Shown: positions 37,154 to 46,700 of the stretch, piece after piece | Position numbering within the stretch: position 1 is the first letter of the stretch | Layout: each line of letters begins with the position of its first letter | Assembly (NCBI GenBank): GCA_964584335.1 | Contig: CAZOZN010000004.1 | Coordinates: 37,248 to 101,247 of the forward strand | Direction: 5' to 3' | Length of the DNA: 64,000 bases | Origin: an uncultured archaeon | GTDB taxonomy: Archaea; Aenigmatarchaeota; Aenigmatarchaeia; PWEA01; JAGHBM01 | The notes under the pieces: model-generated | Databases searched by the model: none | Seen by the model: the letters and a program-made list of their open reading frames with translations, nothing else | What the model was told of the DNA's origin: nothing | Made by a program: the position numbers and the translations under genes

Positions 37154-38599
37154 CTAGCCTTTAGCAACACCCAATGGAATCATCCTCGCAACCTTTTTTG
37201 ATATTCCGGCCTCGTGCACGGATTCTATAACTTCGTCCACATCCTTATAGGCTCCCGGAGCCTCTTCTGCCAACACCTTTCCGTGAGTGGACTTTGCATA
37301 GATTTTTTGCTTGTCCATTAAATCCTTTTTTACTTTCTCCCCAAAGAACTCTCTTATTGCCTGGTGTCTGGACATAACTCTTCCTGCCCCGTGGCAAGTG
37401 GAGTAAAAGCTTTCTTCAGACCTATCCCCACCCACAAGTATATGTGATGCTGTTCCCATTGAGCCTGCTATAAGAACAGGATGTCCAACGGAAGAATATT
37501 TTTTAGGGTTTAGGGGATGTCCGGCGGGCAAAGCCCTCGTAGAACCTTTTCTATGTACATAAAGTTCTCTTGTTTTTCCATCTACCTTGTGTTTTTCTTT
37601 TTTGCAAATATTATGACATACATCGTATATGGTTTCCATTCCCAGGTCTTCCCACTTCTGGTCAAAAACTTCCTCAAAAGAGTCTCTTACCCATTTGGTC
37701 ATGACAGTTCTGTTGTTGAAGGCGTAATTTACTGCACATTTCATTGCCTTGTAATAATCCTGACCTTCTTTTGAGGAGGCTGGTGCACAAACCAACTGCC
37801 TGTCCGGCAACTTTATACCGTATTTTTTTGAGGATTTTTCATGAATCTTAAGGTAATCAGAGGCAACCTGGTGACCGAATCCGCGCGAGCCACAATGAAG
37901 CATTATGACTACCTGGTCTTTCTCCGTTAGCCCGAATGCTTTTGCTGTTCTTTTATCGAAAATCTGGTCTATTGCCTGTATCTCAAGGAAGTGGTTTCCC
38001 GCTCCCAGAGTGCCAAGCTGGGGAAGTCCTCTTTTCTTTGCCTTGTCACTCACCTTTGAGGGGTCTGCTCCTTCCATGTGACCGTTCTCCTCCATATGTT
38101 CCAAGTCCTCTTTGGTGGCGTATCCATTTTCCAATGCCCATTTCGCGCCCATTGTTAATACATCCTCAAGCTGTTCGTAATTGAGTCTAAGCTTTCCTTT
38201 TGCTCCTACACCACAGGGAACGTTTCGGAAAAGAACGTCTATAAGAATTCTTATTCTTTTTTGTACTTCCTCTTTTTTGAGGTTGGTTCTTATCATATGT
38301 ATTCCACAGTTTATATCGAATCCTGTACAACCTGCTGATATAATACCCTCTTCTTTGTCAAAGGCGCCTACTGCTCCCATCGGTAGCCCGTAACCAAAGT
38401 GGATATCCGGAGCCCCCACCACAGGTTCAACAATTCCTGGAAGGCAGGCCACATTTGTTAGCTGTTTTAGTGCGTCTTCCTCGACCTGCTTCATAACATA
38501 ATCATTACCGTACACTATACAGTCAGCTCTCATATCCTTTCTGAAAGATTTTGGAATTTTCCATTTTACCTTGCTTATTTTTTCCATTTGATTTTTCAT
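37154..38599 (-). CDS. rtcB: tRNA-splicing ligase RtcB
   Basis: PDIH.GYG, GFDINCG, GTLG.GNHF.E, HRKG, HGAGR and EEAP.AYK motifs. No intein. Confidence 0.97.
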   Translation of the reverse strand: MKNQMEKISKVKWKIPKSFRKDMRADCIVYGNDYVMKQVEEDALKQLTNVACLPGIVEPVVGAPDIHFGYGLPMGAVGAFDKEEGIISAGCTGFDINCGIHMIRTNLKKEEVQKRIRILIDVLFRNVPCGVGAKGKLRLNYEQLEDVLTMGAKWALENGYATKEDLEHMEENGHMEGADPSKVSDKAKKRGLPQLGTLGAGNHFLEIQAIDQIFDKRTAKAFGLTEKDQVVIMLHCGSRGFGHQVASDYLKIHEKSSKKYGIKLPDRQLVCAPASSKEGQDYYKAMKCAVNYAFNNRTVMTKWVRDSFEEVFDQKWEDLGMETIYDVCHNICKKEKHKVDGKTRELYVHRKGSTRALPAGHPLNPKKYSSVGHPVLIAGSMGTASHILVGGDRSEESFYSTCHGAGRVMSRHQAIREFFGEKVKKDLMDKQKIYAKSTHGKVLAEEAPGAYKDVDEVIESVHEAGISKKVARMIPLGVAKG

Positions 38600-38620
38600 A
38601 AACATCACCTACATTAGACT

Positions 38621-38680
38621 AAGCGCAGAACAAGTTTGCCTGCACCCGTTTCCGCCAAGTATTGCGTCGGGTACACGCTT
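38621..38680 (-). promoter_or_regulatory. Candidate structured 5' leader of rtcB
   Basis: GC-rich paired segments AAGCGTG/TGCGCTT and TACCCG/CGGGTG lie between a TATA-like element (~38701-38710) and the SD. Confidence 0.5.
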
Positions 38681-38711
38681 TATAAGTAGAGGACTTTCTT
38701 TTATTTAAAAC

Positions 38712-39125
38712 TTAGATATCTACTACGACGCTTGCCTTGTAGCCATTTTCCGTCTTTTCAACCTTGAAGTTGTAGTAGGTGACGCCCTTTACGACGGTCC
38801 CGCTTTTTTCTTGTGAATAGGGCTCTCCCCAGGCTTTGCCTTCTGCTGTAAGTTTTTCTTTTTTCTCTACAAAGACTTCAAACTTGGAGAAGAACATTTC
38901 TTCTGCATCAGATTCAGTCAGAAGCTGTGAAAGCCAGTCATGCAGGAGTTCTTCGATATTTTCCCCTTCTGCTTTTATTTCAATGAATTTTTCGGGGTTT
39001 ATTTTTTCACGCTGGCAGACAACATCAAAAAGCGCCTTTGATGACTCTTTAATTGTTTCTTCTAAACTTGAACCTTCTGCAACAAACATTACATCCGATG
39101 TTAAATCTTCTACAAACTTGTACAT
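38712..39125 (-). CDS. Archease
   Basis: Y.F...TSDV...A.G, VKGVTY and VVDI C-terminus. Adjacent to rtcB. Confidence 0.93.
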   Translation of the reverse strand: MYKFVEDLTSDVMFVAEGSSLEETIKESSKALFDVVCQREKINPEKFIEIKAEGENIEELLHDWLSQLLTESDAEEMFFSKFEVFVEKKEKLTAEGKAWGEPYSQEKSGTVVKGVTYYNFKVEKTENGYKASVVVDI

Positions 39126-39333
39126 TAAATCAAATCCTTTTATTTCTTGTTCTCATTTAATTATAAGATTTTATAAGTTGAAAATATTTTTATATTAATC
39201 TTATAAAGAATAATTTTAACACTTATTAGCCTTTAAAACTATTTAATCAAAAGCAATTGTTTAGAATTAAGCATAAATAATTCAATCTAATAATTTATTT
39301 AATAAACCCAATAATAAAAAGGAGGGGATAGAA

Positions 39334-39588
39334 ATTACAAAAGCGCCATACAAAAGAGGATACGACCACACGAAGGAAAGAGGAAGAGAAGGCACAGTAA
39401 GGTGTAGCCTTTGTGGTTCAAAAGTTCCTAGATGGAAATGTATAACGAGAAGGAGAGGTTTTAGAATAACCGATCCTTTGTTAAAGAAGGAACTAAGCAG
39501 AAAAAATATACACACCTTGCAGAAAAAACAGTATATATGCCCTAAATGCGCCAGATTTCACAAAGTTGTGAGAAGAAGCAGTAGATAG
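39334..39588 (+). CDS. rps26e: Ribosomal protein eS26 (S26e), apparent ATT start (not in ORF track)
   Basis: (M)TKAPYKR..GR..VRCSLCG..VPR.K...YICPKCARFHKVVRR matches the eS26 C-x2-C...C-x2-C pattern. SD GGAGG upstream. Confidence 0.85.
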   Translation: MTKAPYKRGYDHTKERGREGTVRCSLCGSKVPRWKCITRRRGFRITDPLLKKELSRKNIHTLQKKQYICPKCARFHKVVRRSSR

Positions 39589-39597
39589 GGATTAAAA

Positions 39598-41253
39598 ATG
39601 GATATATTGGGAAGGATAAAAAATTTTAAGTCATCTGATAAAAAGAAGAAAGAGAAGAAAGAGAAGGAAGAGCTAAAATTTATTATGAATATTTCTGATA
39701 AGCTTATAGTTTTTCCTGAAATAAAGAACATAAAGGACTTTAGAATTAATTATCCTCTTCTCGAGCCTTTTTCTTACGTTCATATAAAATGGAGCAAGGC
39801 AGAAGACGGTCTTGTTTACAGGGTCAACGAACCCAAGCTAGATGATAAAGAAAAAAAGACTTACGACCTGATAAGGGAAAATTTGGTAGAGGTCGTTGAT
39901 GTGCATCTGTCTTCTGTAAAGAAAATGGACAAAGCTTTTGATTACCTGGAGGAGAAAATAAAGAAAATACTCGAGGAACTCGAGGTATCTGTTGATAATG
40001 TTTCTTACAACAAGATATTTTATTATATATACAGGGATTTTGTGGGACTTAATGAGATAGAGCCGCTGATGCATGACCCATACATAGAAGACATATCTTG
40101 TGACGGTTTGAATATACCGATATACGTTGTTCACAAAAAACTTGGCTCTATAGAAACAAATATAATGTTCAACGACAGTGATAGGCTCAGAAATTTTGTC
40201 GTTAAGCTTGCGGAGAGATGCGGAAGGTACATAAGCTACGCAGAGCCTCTTTTGGATGGTTCTTTGCCTGACGGAAGCAGAATACAGGCTTCTCTTGCGG
40301 AAGATGTGACCACAAAAGGTCCGACGTTTTCTATAAGAAAGTTTACTAGCGAACCGCTTTCACCGATAGATTTGATAAATTTAGGAACGGTTTCAATCGA
40401 TATAATGGCTTACTTGTGGTTTTGCATAGAATCGGGTGTTTCCATGCTTATATGCGGTGGAACAGCGACCGGAAAGACTACAATGCTTAATGCTATAAGT
40501 TTGTTTATTCCCCCCGAGTATAAAATAGTTTCAATAGAGGATACGAGAGAATTGCAGCTTCCCCATGAGAACTGGATACCGTCTGTTACAAGAATGGGCT
40601 TCGGTGCCATGGATATAAAGGGTGAAAGATACGGAGGCATAAGCATGTTCGACCTTCTAAAAGAAAGCTTCAGGCAGAATCCTGATTACGTTATAGTGGG
40701 TGAAATAAGGGGAAGGGAAGCTTCTGTTATGTTTCAGGGAATGGCGTCGGGACACCCCTCATTGGGAACAATGCATGCCGCAGGTGTGTCGACAGTGATA
40801 AAGAGACTCCAGTCTCCTCCTATAAGTTTGTCGCCTAGCCTTGTCGAAATACTGGATTTGGTTATAAGTCTTACTCATGCCAAGGAGAAAGGAGAATCCG
40901 CCAGAAGAATAAAAAATGTAGAGGAGGTCGAGTCCGTGGATTCCTCTGGGATGGCAAGAACATCTTCTATTTTCAGATGGATTTCATCAAAAGATAATTA
41001 TAAGAAAGGAGAAGGAAATTACGTCTTAAATAAAATCACCCAGCTTAGAGGTCTTTCTATGGATGAAGTCGTCAGAGAAATAAAAAACAGGGAAAAGATA
41101 CTAAAGTGGATGGTTAAAAACAAAATAAGGCATTGGAAAGATGTAGGCAAGATAGTTTCTAATTATCACAGGGACCCTGAAGAAGTTTTGAAGCAAATGG
41201 ATTCTCTTGAAGATACTTTAGATTCTTTAAAAAACAAAAAAGATAAAGTATAA
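39598..41253 (+). CDS. Type IV pilus/archaellum assembly ATPase (FlaI/PilB/TadA family)
   Basis: IEDISCDG, GGTATGKTT, SIEDTRE, RQNPD..VGEIRG and TMHA motifs. Confidence 0.95.
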   Translation: MDILGRIKNFKSSDKKKKEKKEKEELKFIMNISDKLIVFPEIKNIKDFRINYPLLEPFSYVHIKWSKAEDGLVYRVNEPKLDDKEKKTYDLIRENLVEVVDVHLSSVKKMDKAFDYLEEKIKKILEELEVSVDNVSYNKIFYYIYRDFVGLNEIEPLMHDPYIEDISCDGLNIPIYVVHKKLGSIETNIMFNDSDRLRNFVVKLAERCGRYISYAEPLLDGSLPDGSRIQASLAEDVTTKGPTFSIRKFTSEPLSPIDLINLGTVSIDIMAYLWFCIESGVSMLICGGTATGKTTMLNAISLFIPPEYKIVSIEDTRELQLPHENWIPSVTRMGFGAMDIKGERYGGISMFDLLKESFRQNPDYVIVGEIRGREASVMFQGMASGHPSLGTMHAAGVSTVIKRLQSPPISLSPSLVEILDLVISLTHAKEKGESARRIKNVEEVESVDSSGMARTSSIFRWISSKDNYKKGEGNYVLNKITQLRGLSMDEVVREIKNREKILKWMVKNKIRHWKDVGKIVSNYHRDPEEVLKQMDSLEDTLDSLKNKKDKV

Positions 41254-41262
41254 TGTGATTAA

Positions 41263-41958
41263 ATGGAAGAAAGGGTAAGAACAAACATAACCGGTTTAGA
41301 TGACATATTGGGGGGTGGTTTTCTTCCTTCTGATTTGGTGCTTCTGACCGGTGCGACAGGTACAGGCAAGACAATACTTGCCTGCCAGTATCTTTATAAT
41401 TCTGCAAGGTTTTACAATTCTCCAGGCATATTTGTATCTTTTGAGGAAAGACCAGAAGACGTAAAAAAACACATGGGCAACTTCGGTTGGTATTTTGACA
41501 GATATGAGAAGAGTGGTTTGATAAAATTCGTCAAATACGACCCGCTTCATATAGAAGACATCTACGGTCTTATAGAGAATAATATTTACGATATAGGAGC
41601 AAAACGTGTCGTAATAGATAGCATAACTGGTCTCGGGTTGAACATAAAGGACCCTTCTGATTTGAGGGCCGCTATATTCAACATAGGAAGGCTTCTTAAG
41701 AAGTCAGGATGCACATCTCTCGTGACATCTGAAATACCTACGGGAAATCCCAGACTTTTGAGTACGTTCGGGGTAGAGGAGCATGTTGCTGATGACGTAA
41801 TAGTCCTTTATAAAGTAGAGAGAGAGACAAGTTTCGCTAGAGCGATACATGTATGGAAGATGAGAGGCTCCTCGCATTCAAAGAAAGTTCACCCGTATCT
41901 GATTACTGAAAAAGGAATAGAAGTTTATCCGGGAGAGGAGATAAAGGCATTCGTTTAA
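41263..41958 (+). CDS. KaiC/FlaH-like ATPase within the pilus operon
   Basis: GATGTGKT, VIDS and KMRGS.H motifs. Confidence 0.9.
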   Translation: MEERVRTNITGLDDILGGGFLPSDLVLLTGATGTGKTILACQYLYNSARFYNSPGIFVSFEERPEDVKKHMGNFGWYFDRYEKSGLIKFVKYDPLHIEDIYGLIENNIYDIGAKRVVIDSITGLGLNIKDPSDLRAAIFNIGRLLKKSGCTSLVTSEIPTGNPRLLSTFGVEEHVADDVIVLYKVERETSFARAIHVWKMRGSSHSKKVHPYLITEKGIEVYPGEEIKAFV

Positions 41959-41964
41959 TAAAAG

Positions 41965-42849
41965 GTGAAACAATTGCCTAAAATGAATTTTAAAAGGTTA
42001 TCTGTAATTATATTTGGTAGAATCGCTGACAAATATTCTGACAGTTTTGACAATTTAAAGGATAAAATAAATGAAGCGGGTTTTGAGATACTTTCACGTA
42101 CCTACATATCAGTTACATTCTTTTCATCTTTTTTGGCTTATTTTTTATCCCTACCTGTAGTTTATTTTTTGGCCAAAACCTACCTGCAGGATTTTATGGT
42201 TTTTCTTACTCCTGTATTTTCAATTGGTGTTTCTGCTGCTGTTTTTGCTTTGGTTTATTATTATCCTTTTCAGGTTGCATTTTCAAGAAAAAGGGATTTG
42301 GAGTTCAACTTACCTTTCGCAGTTAATCATATGGCTGCAATATCAACATCAGGTGTCCCGCCAAAAATAATATTCAAGCTATTGTCTGAATTCGGGGAAT
42401 ATGGCGAGATAAGCAAGGAGGCTTCAAAAATTGTGAGGAACATAGAAGTTTTCGGCCAGGATACAACTACCTCGATTCAAAATGTTGCTTCAAATACTCC
42501 TTCAAAGAATTTCAGGGAACTTCTATACGGATTATTATCAACGATAAAGACAGGAGGCAATCTCAGCGATTATCTTCAAGTTAAGTCAAAGGAAGCTCTG
42601 TTTATATATAGGATCAGGAGAGAAGAACATCTTCAGGCACTTTCAACTTATGCTGATTTTTATACAGCAGTAATGATTGCAGCTCCTTTGTTCTTAATAT
42701 CAATTTTGGCTATAATGAATATAGTTGGCGGTACAATAGAAGGAATGACAATAACTGATATAATGAACATAGGTATATATCTTGCAATACCCGCCATGAA
42801 TATAGCTTTCATATTGTTTGTGCATTTTACACAACCAGAACAGATGTGA
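41965..42849 (+). CDS. Pilus platform protein (TadB/TadC/FlaJ, T2SS-F family)
   Basis: LPFAVNHMA.IS.SG, YGEIS.E and TPS..F.E motifs, with TM helices. Confidence 0.9.
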   Translation: MKQLPKMNFKRLSVIIFGRIADKYSDSFDNLKDKINEAGFEILSRTYISVTFFSSFLAYFLSLPVVYFLAKTYLQDFMVFLTPVFSIGVSAAVFALVYYYPFQVAFSRKRDLEFNLPFAVNHMAAISTSGVPPKIIFKLLSEFGEYGEISKEASKIVRNIEVFGQDTTTSIQNVASNTPSKNFRELLYGLLSTIKTGGNLSDYLQVKSKEALFIYRIRREEHLQALSTYADFYTAVMIAAPLFLISILAIMNIVGGTIEGMTITDIMNIGIYLAIPAMNIAFILFVHFTQPEQM

Positions 42850-42853
42850 TTTA

Positions 42854-43711
42854 ATGGATATGAAAAAAACAAGAAAGAGAATAGAAAAGTGGTTATTGGT
42901 ATCAAGAAAGAGAGAATTTTTTGTGTTAGGTTCCCTTATACTTGGCGTATCAATTATATCTTTTAATGTTTTCTTTCTTAGTAGCGAAGTCCAGCTTTTT
43001 ACTGTTTTTAATCTTATAGGAGTGGGTCTTGTCTTGGGTCCTGCTACTATAATAAAATACAAAGAATATCTCAATTCAAAAGAGATAGAATCTAATTTTC
43101 CGAGCTTTCTAAATGATGTTGTTAGCGGTGTAGAGGCAGGAATGACTCTCCCTCAGGCAATAGATTCAGCTTCTAAAAACGACTATGGTGTTCTCTCACC
43201 ATATATAAAAAAGATGGCATACCAGATAGACTGGGGAATTCCTTTTGACGAGGTTTTAGAGATATTGTCCAGAAGCACGGGAAGCCGCGTACTCAAGAGA
43301 ACAGTTTCTACCATAATAGAGACTCACAGGAGCGGCGGTAACATCTCGGACGTACTAAAATCCGTGGGCGAGAGTATAAGAGAGATAGAGAAAATAAGGG
43401 AAGAAAGAAAGTCTCATGTATATTCCCAGATACTTACGGGTTATGTAATTTATTTTGTTTTTCTAGCTGTTATCATAGGCCTTCAAAAGTTCTTGATGCC
43501 TACTCTTGTTTCTAGCGGCGGTTCCGAGTTTGGTTTCCCTGAAGGAGAGGATGTAATATACAAGAATGTTTTTCAAAATCTTATAATTATACAGGGTATC
43601 TTTTCCGGACTTTCAATGGGCAAGATGGCGGAGGGTTCTGTTTTGGCTGGAATAAAACACCTTATAGTTTTTGTTGTTATAGGCTTTACAGCGTTTACTT
43701 TAATGCTGTAA
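42854..43711 (+). CDS. Second pilus platform protein (T2SS-F family)
   Basis: FP.FL.D......AGMTL.QA, DYG.L, SGG.I..VL and GKM.EG motifs. Confidence 0.9.
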   Translation: MDMKKTRKRIEKWLLVSRKREFFVLGSLILGVSIISFNVFFLSSEVQLFTVFNLIGVGLVLGPATIIKYKEYLNSKEIESNFPSFLNDVVSGVEAGMTLPQAIDSASKNDYGVLSPYIKKMAYQIDWGIPFDEVLEILSRSTGSRVLKRTVSTIIETHRSGGNISDVLKSVGESIREIEKIREERKSHVYSQILTGYVIYFVFLAVIIGLQKFLMPTLVSSGGSEFGFPEGEDVIYKNVFQNLIIIQGIFSGLSMGKMAEGSVLAGIKHLIVFVVIGFTAFTLML

Positions 43712-43743
43712 ATAATTTTATTATAACAATACAATAGTTAAAC

Positions 43744-46700
43744 ATGGCTTTAAGCATGAGAGATTTTTTGTATTTTGTTCTTGGCTTGGTTGTACTTTCA
43801 AGTGTATTGGTTTTGGCTGTTGATACAGAGAAGCCAAAATACTTTGACAATTCTACCAATTCAACTCTTGCAGGAGAGCCTGTTGAGTTCAGATTGAGGT
43901 GGACTGATAACCAAAGTTTGGGCGGTTATATTTTTTCCTTGTGCAACGGTAGCTGGAACGGAACAAGGTGCAATTCAGGTACAACTTTTGACGGGATATG
44001 TTACCAGGAGACTGTAAATGATTCAGACCCCAATGACGGTGATTGTGATATTTTTTATGACGGTGTTTATTCTTTCGGTGGCGGTTACAGCGACCCCGAA
44101 AACTTAACTGATGGTGACTGGAACACTTATACGGAATCTGATTTGGGTGGCAGTTATATCTATATGAATTACACAAAACCAAAGGGAGCAATAGGAGCGG
44201 AATGGCAGGTAAAGGACGGAAAAAATACTTCAAACTTGACAATTCCATTTAATTGCTTGGAACAGGATATTTTGTGGCTTAGTGCGTTGTCTAGTCAGTC
44301 CGCTCTCCCGCCTTTTACGTACGGGTCTCGTTGGAGTTGCTATAACGGTACTGATTGGAAAGTTTTGAAAGAAGCAGGTATTGACAGAATAGAATATCAT
44401 TATATTTACGAGGAAGCTGTTTTTTGGGAAATAAGTTCTGAGAGATGGAAGAACGATACATGGGTAGGTGAAGGTTTTTCGGGAAATGAAGACTGGTCAA
44501 ATGTTACTAAAAGCATAAACTCTACGATAGGATCAGGTATAGCATGGAAAGTTTACGCCAATGATTCTTCAGACAACTGGAATTCTTCAAGTGTTTATTC
44601 TTTTTCAGCTGAGAATGATGTTCCAGCTTACTGGGATAATTCTACCAATTCAACAGTCGCAGGAAATCCCGTAGAATTTAGTTTGAGATGGACCGACAAC
44701 CAGGGTCTTAGTGGCTACATTTTTTCCTTGTGCAACGGTAGCTGGAACGGAACAAGTTGCGGGGACGAAGAAACTTATTATTCCCTGTGTTACCAGGAGA
44801 CAGCTAACGAATCGGATGCAAGCGACGGTAGCTGTGATTTGGAATATACTGGAGCTTACTCCTGTAACAACGAGTGGAATTCAGGATATCCTTGTTCTGA
44901 TGTTATTGACGGTAATTGGAGTACTTTCGGTGTTGATGTAGACGAAGGAATGGGAGGGGATCCCTCTTATGTTTGGATAAATTACACCAAACCAAGCGGC
45001 GCTTTAAGCTCAAGTTTATGGCAGATAGAGGATTCTGATAATAACCAGAATCTTACCTTTTCCTCTACGTATCTGAGTTGTTGGGATTTCAGTGATAATG
45101 TTTTGATGTTGAGAGGAATGTCTCAGGTAGATGGCCCGTCTTCTTCCGGAATTTGGAGTTGTTATAACGGAACGGATTGGATTGTTATGGTAGGGAGCCC
45201 ATTTGGAGCAAATCTTTATGAGGAATCTATGATTTGGAATGTAAGCTCATCTGGTAGTGGTTGGCAGAATGATACGTGGACTGATGAGAGCGGTGGCTTT
45301 TCCGGTACGGAAGACTGGTCCAATGTTACCAAGGTTGTTAATTATACTGTCGGTTCTGGAGTCGCGTGGAGAATTTATGTAAATGATACTTTGGGTTATT
45401 GGGGAGATTCGCAGATTTATTCTTTTACCACAACTGGAAATGAACTGCCCAAATACTTTGACAACTCAACCAATTCAACAGAGGGTTGCGAGCCAGTTGA
45501 ATTTAGTTTGAGGTGGACTGACGATTACGGACTAAGCGGCTATGTGTTTTCTTTATGTAACGGAACCTGGAACGGTACATATTGTGGAGGAGGATTTCCC
45601 GGAGGGTTTTGCTATCAGGAAACAACAAACAATTCCGAATCCGGTGATGGGTATTGTGATTTAAGTTACAGCGGAAAATATTATTTTAGTGGAGTTTGGT
45701 ATGATTCAGTAAAAACTTTTGATGGTAACTGGAGTAACTTTGGAAGTTCGCTTGTCGGAGGATATATGTACGTAAATTATACTAAGCCTTACAATGCTCT
45801 TAATACTAGTATTTGGAAAACGAAAAATGATGACCAGGAAAAAAATTATTCTATTTCAAACTATTCTGATTGCTGGGCTCAAAATCCACTACAGTTTAGA
45901 ATTTATTCTGAAGTTATGAGCGGGATTCTTGAAATTGATTGCATGAACAGCACAGGATGGTATAATATTTTTTCTGGGTATAGCGGCGGAATCGTTTACG
46001 AGGAAGCTATGCTTTGGAACGTAAGTACTCATGATGGTTGGAGTAATGACAGTTGGACCGATGAGAGCGGTGGATTTGCTGGAACGGAGGATTGGTCCAA
46101 CGTTACAAAAACAACCAACTGTACTGAAGGTTCCGGCATAGCTTGGAGGTTTTATGCTAATGACACTTACGGTGCTTGGAATTTTTCTGAGATTTACTTT
46201 TTCAATACTGAGATAGACTACAGCCCAAAATACTTTGACAATTCTACAAATTCAACGCTTTCCGGTAACCCTACCGAGTTCAGGTTAAGGTGGACGGATG
46301 ATGATGGACTAAGTGGTTATATTTTTTCCTTGTGCAACGGAACCTGGAACGGAACGCATTGCGGAAGGGAAACAGAAGACTGGTGGAATACTTCATTTAA
46401 CAAGTGCCAGGATTTGGTATTGTCCTCTTCGGTTAACGATTATCAATACAGAGTCGTCTTGAATAATACAAACTTCAATTATTCATATTCAAAAGGAAAT
46501 GATATAAGAATTATAAACGCTCCCTGCAATAACGGCGGAGAGGAAATGAAATACTGGGTAGAAAATTGGAACGAATCAAAGGAATCTGTAATATGGTTTA
46601 GGGGAGATAACTCATCTACAACCGCTTACTCAATTTACTATAATTACAGCCAAGCTAAGAATAAGAGCAACGGAACCGAAACTTTCAATTTCTTTGACGG

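Noticed and set aside
37154-38599. Intein in RtcB
   Set aside because: Length (~481 aa) and motif spacing are normal.
39282-39515. 77-aa minus-strand ORF
   Set aside because: It is the antisense shadow of the eS26 gene.
29913-41958. Circadian clock interpretation of the KaiC-like genes
   Set aside because: All four are single-domain and there is no KaiA or KaiB in the window.
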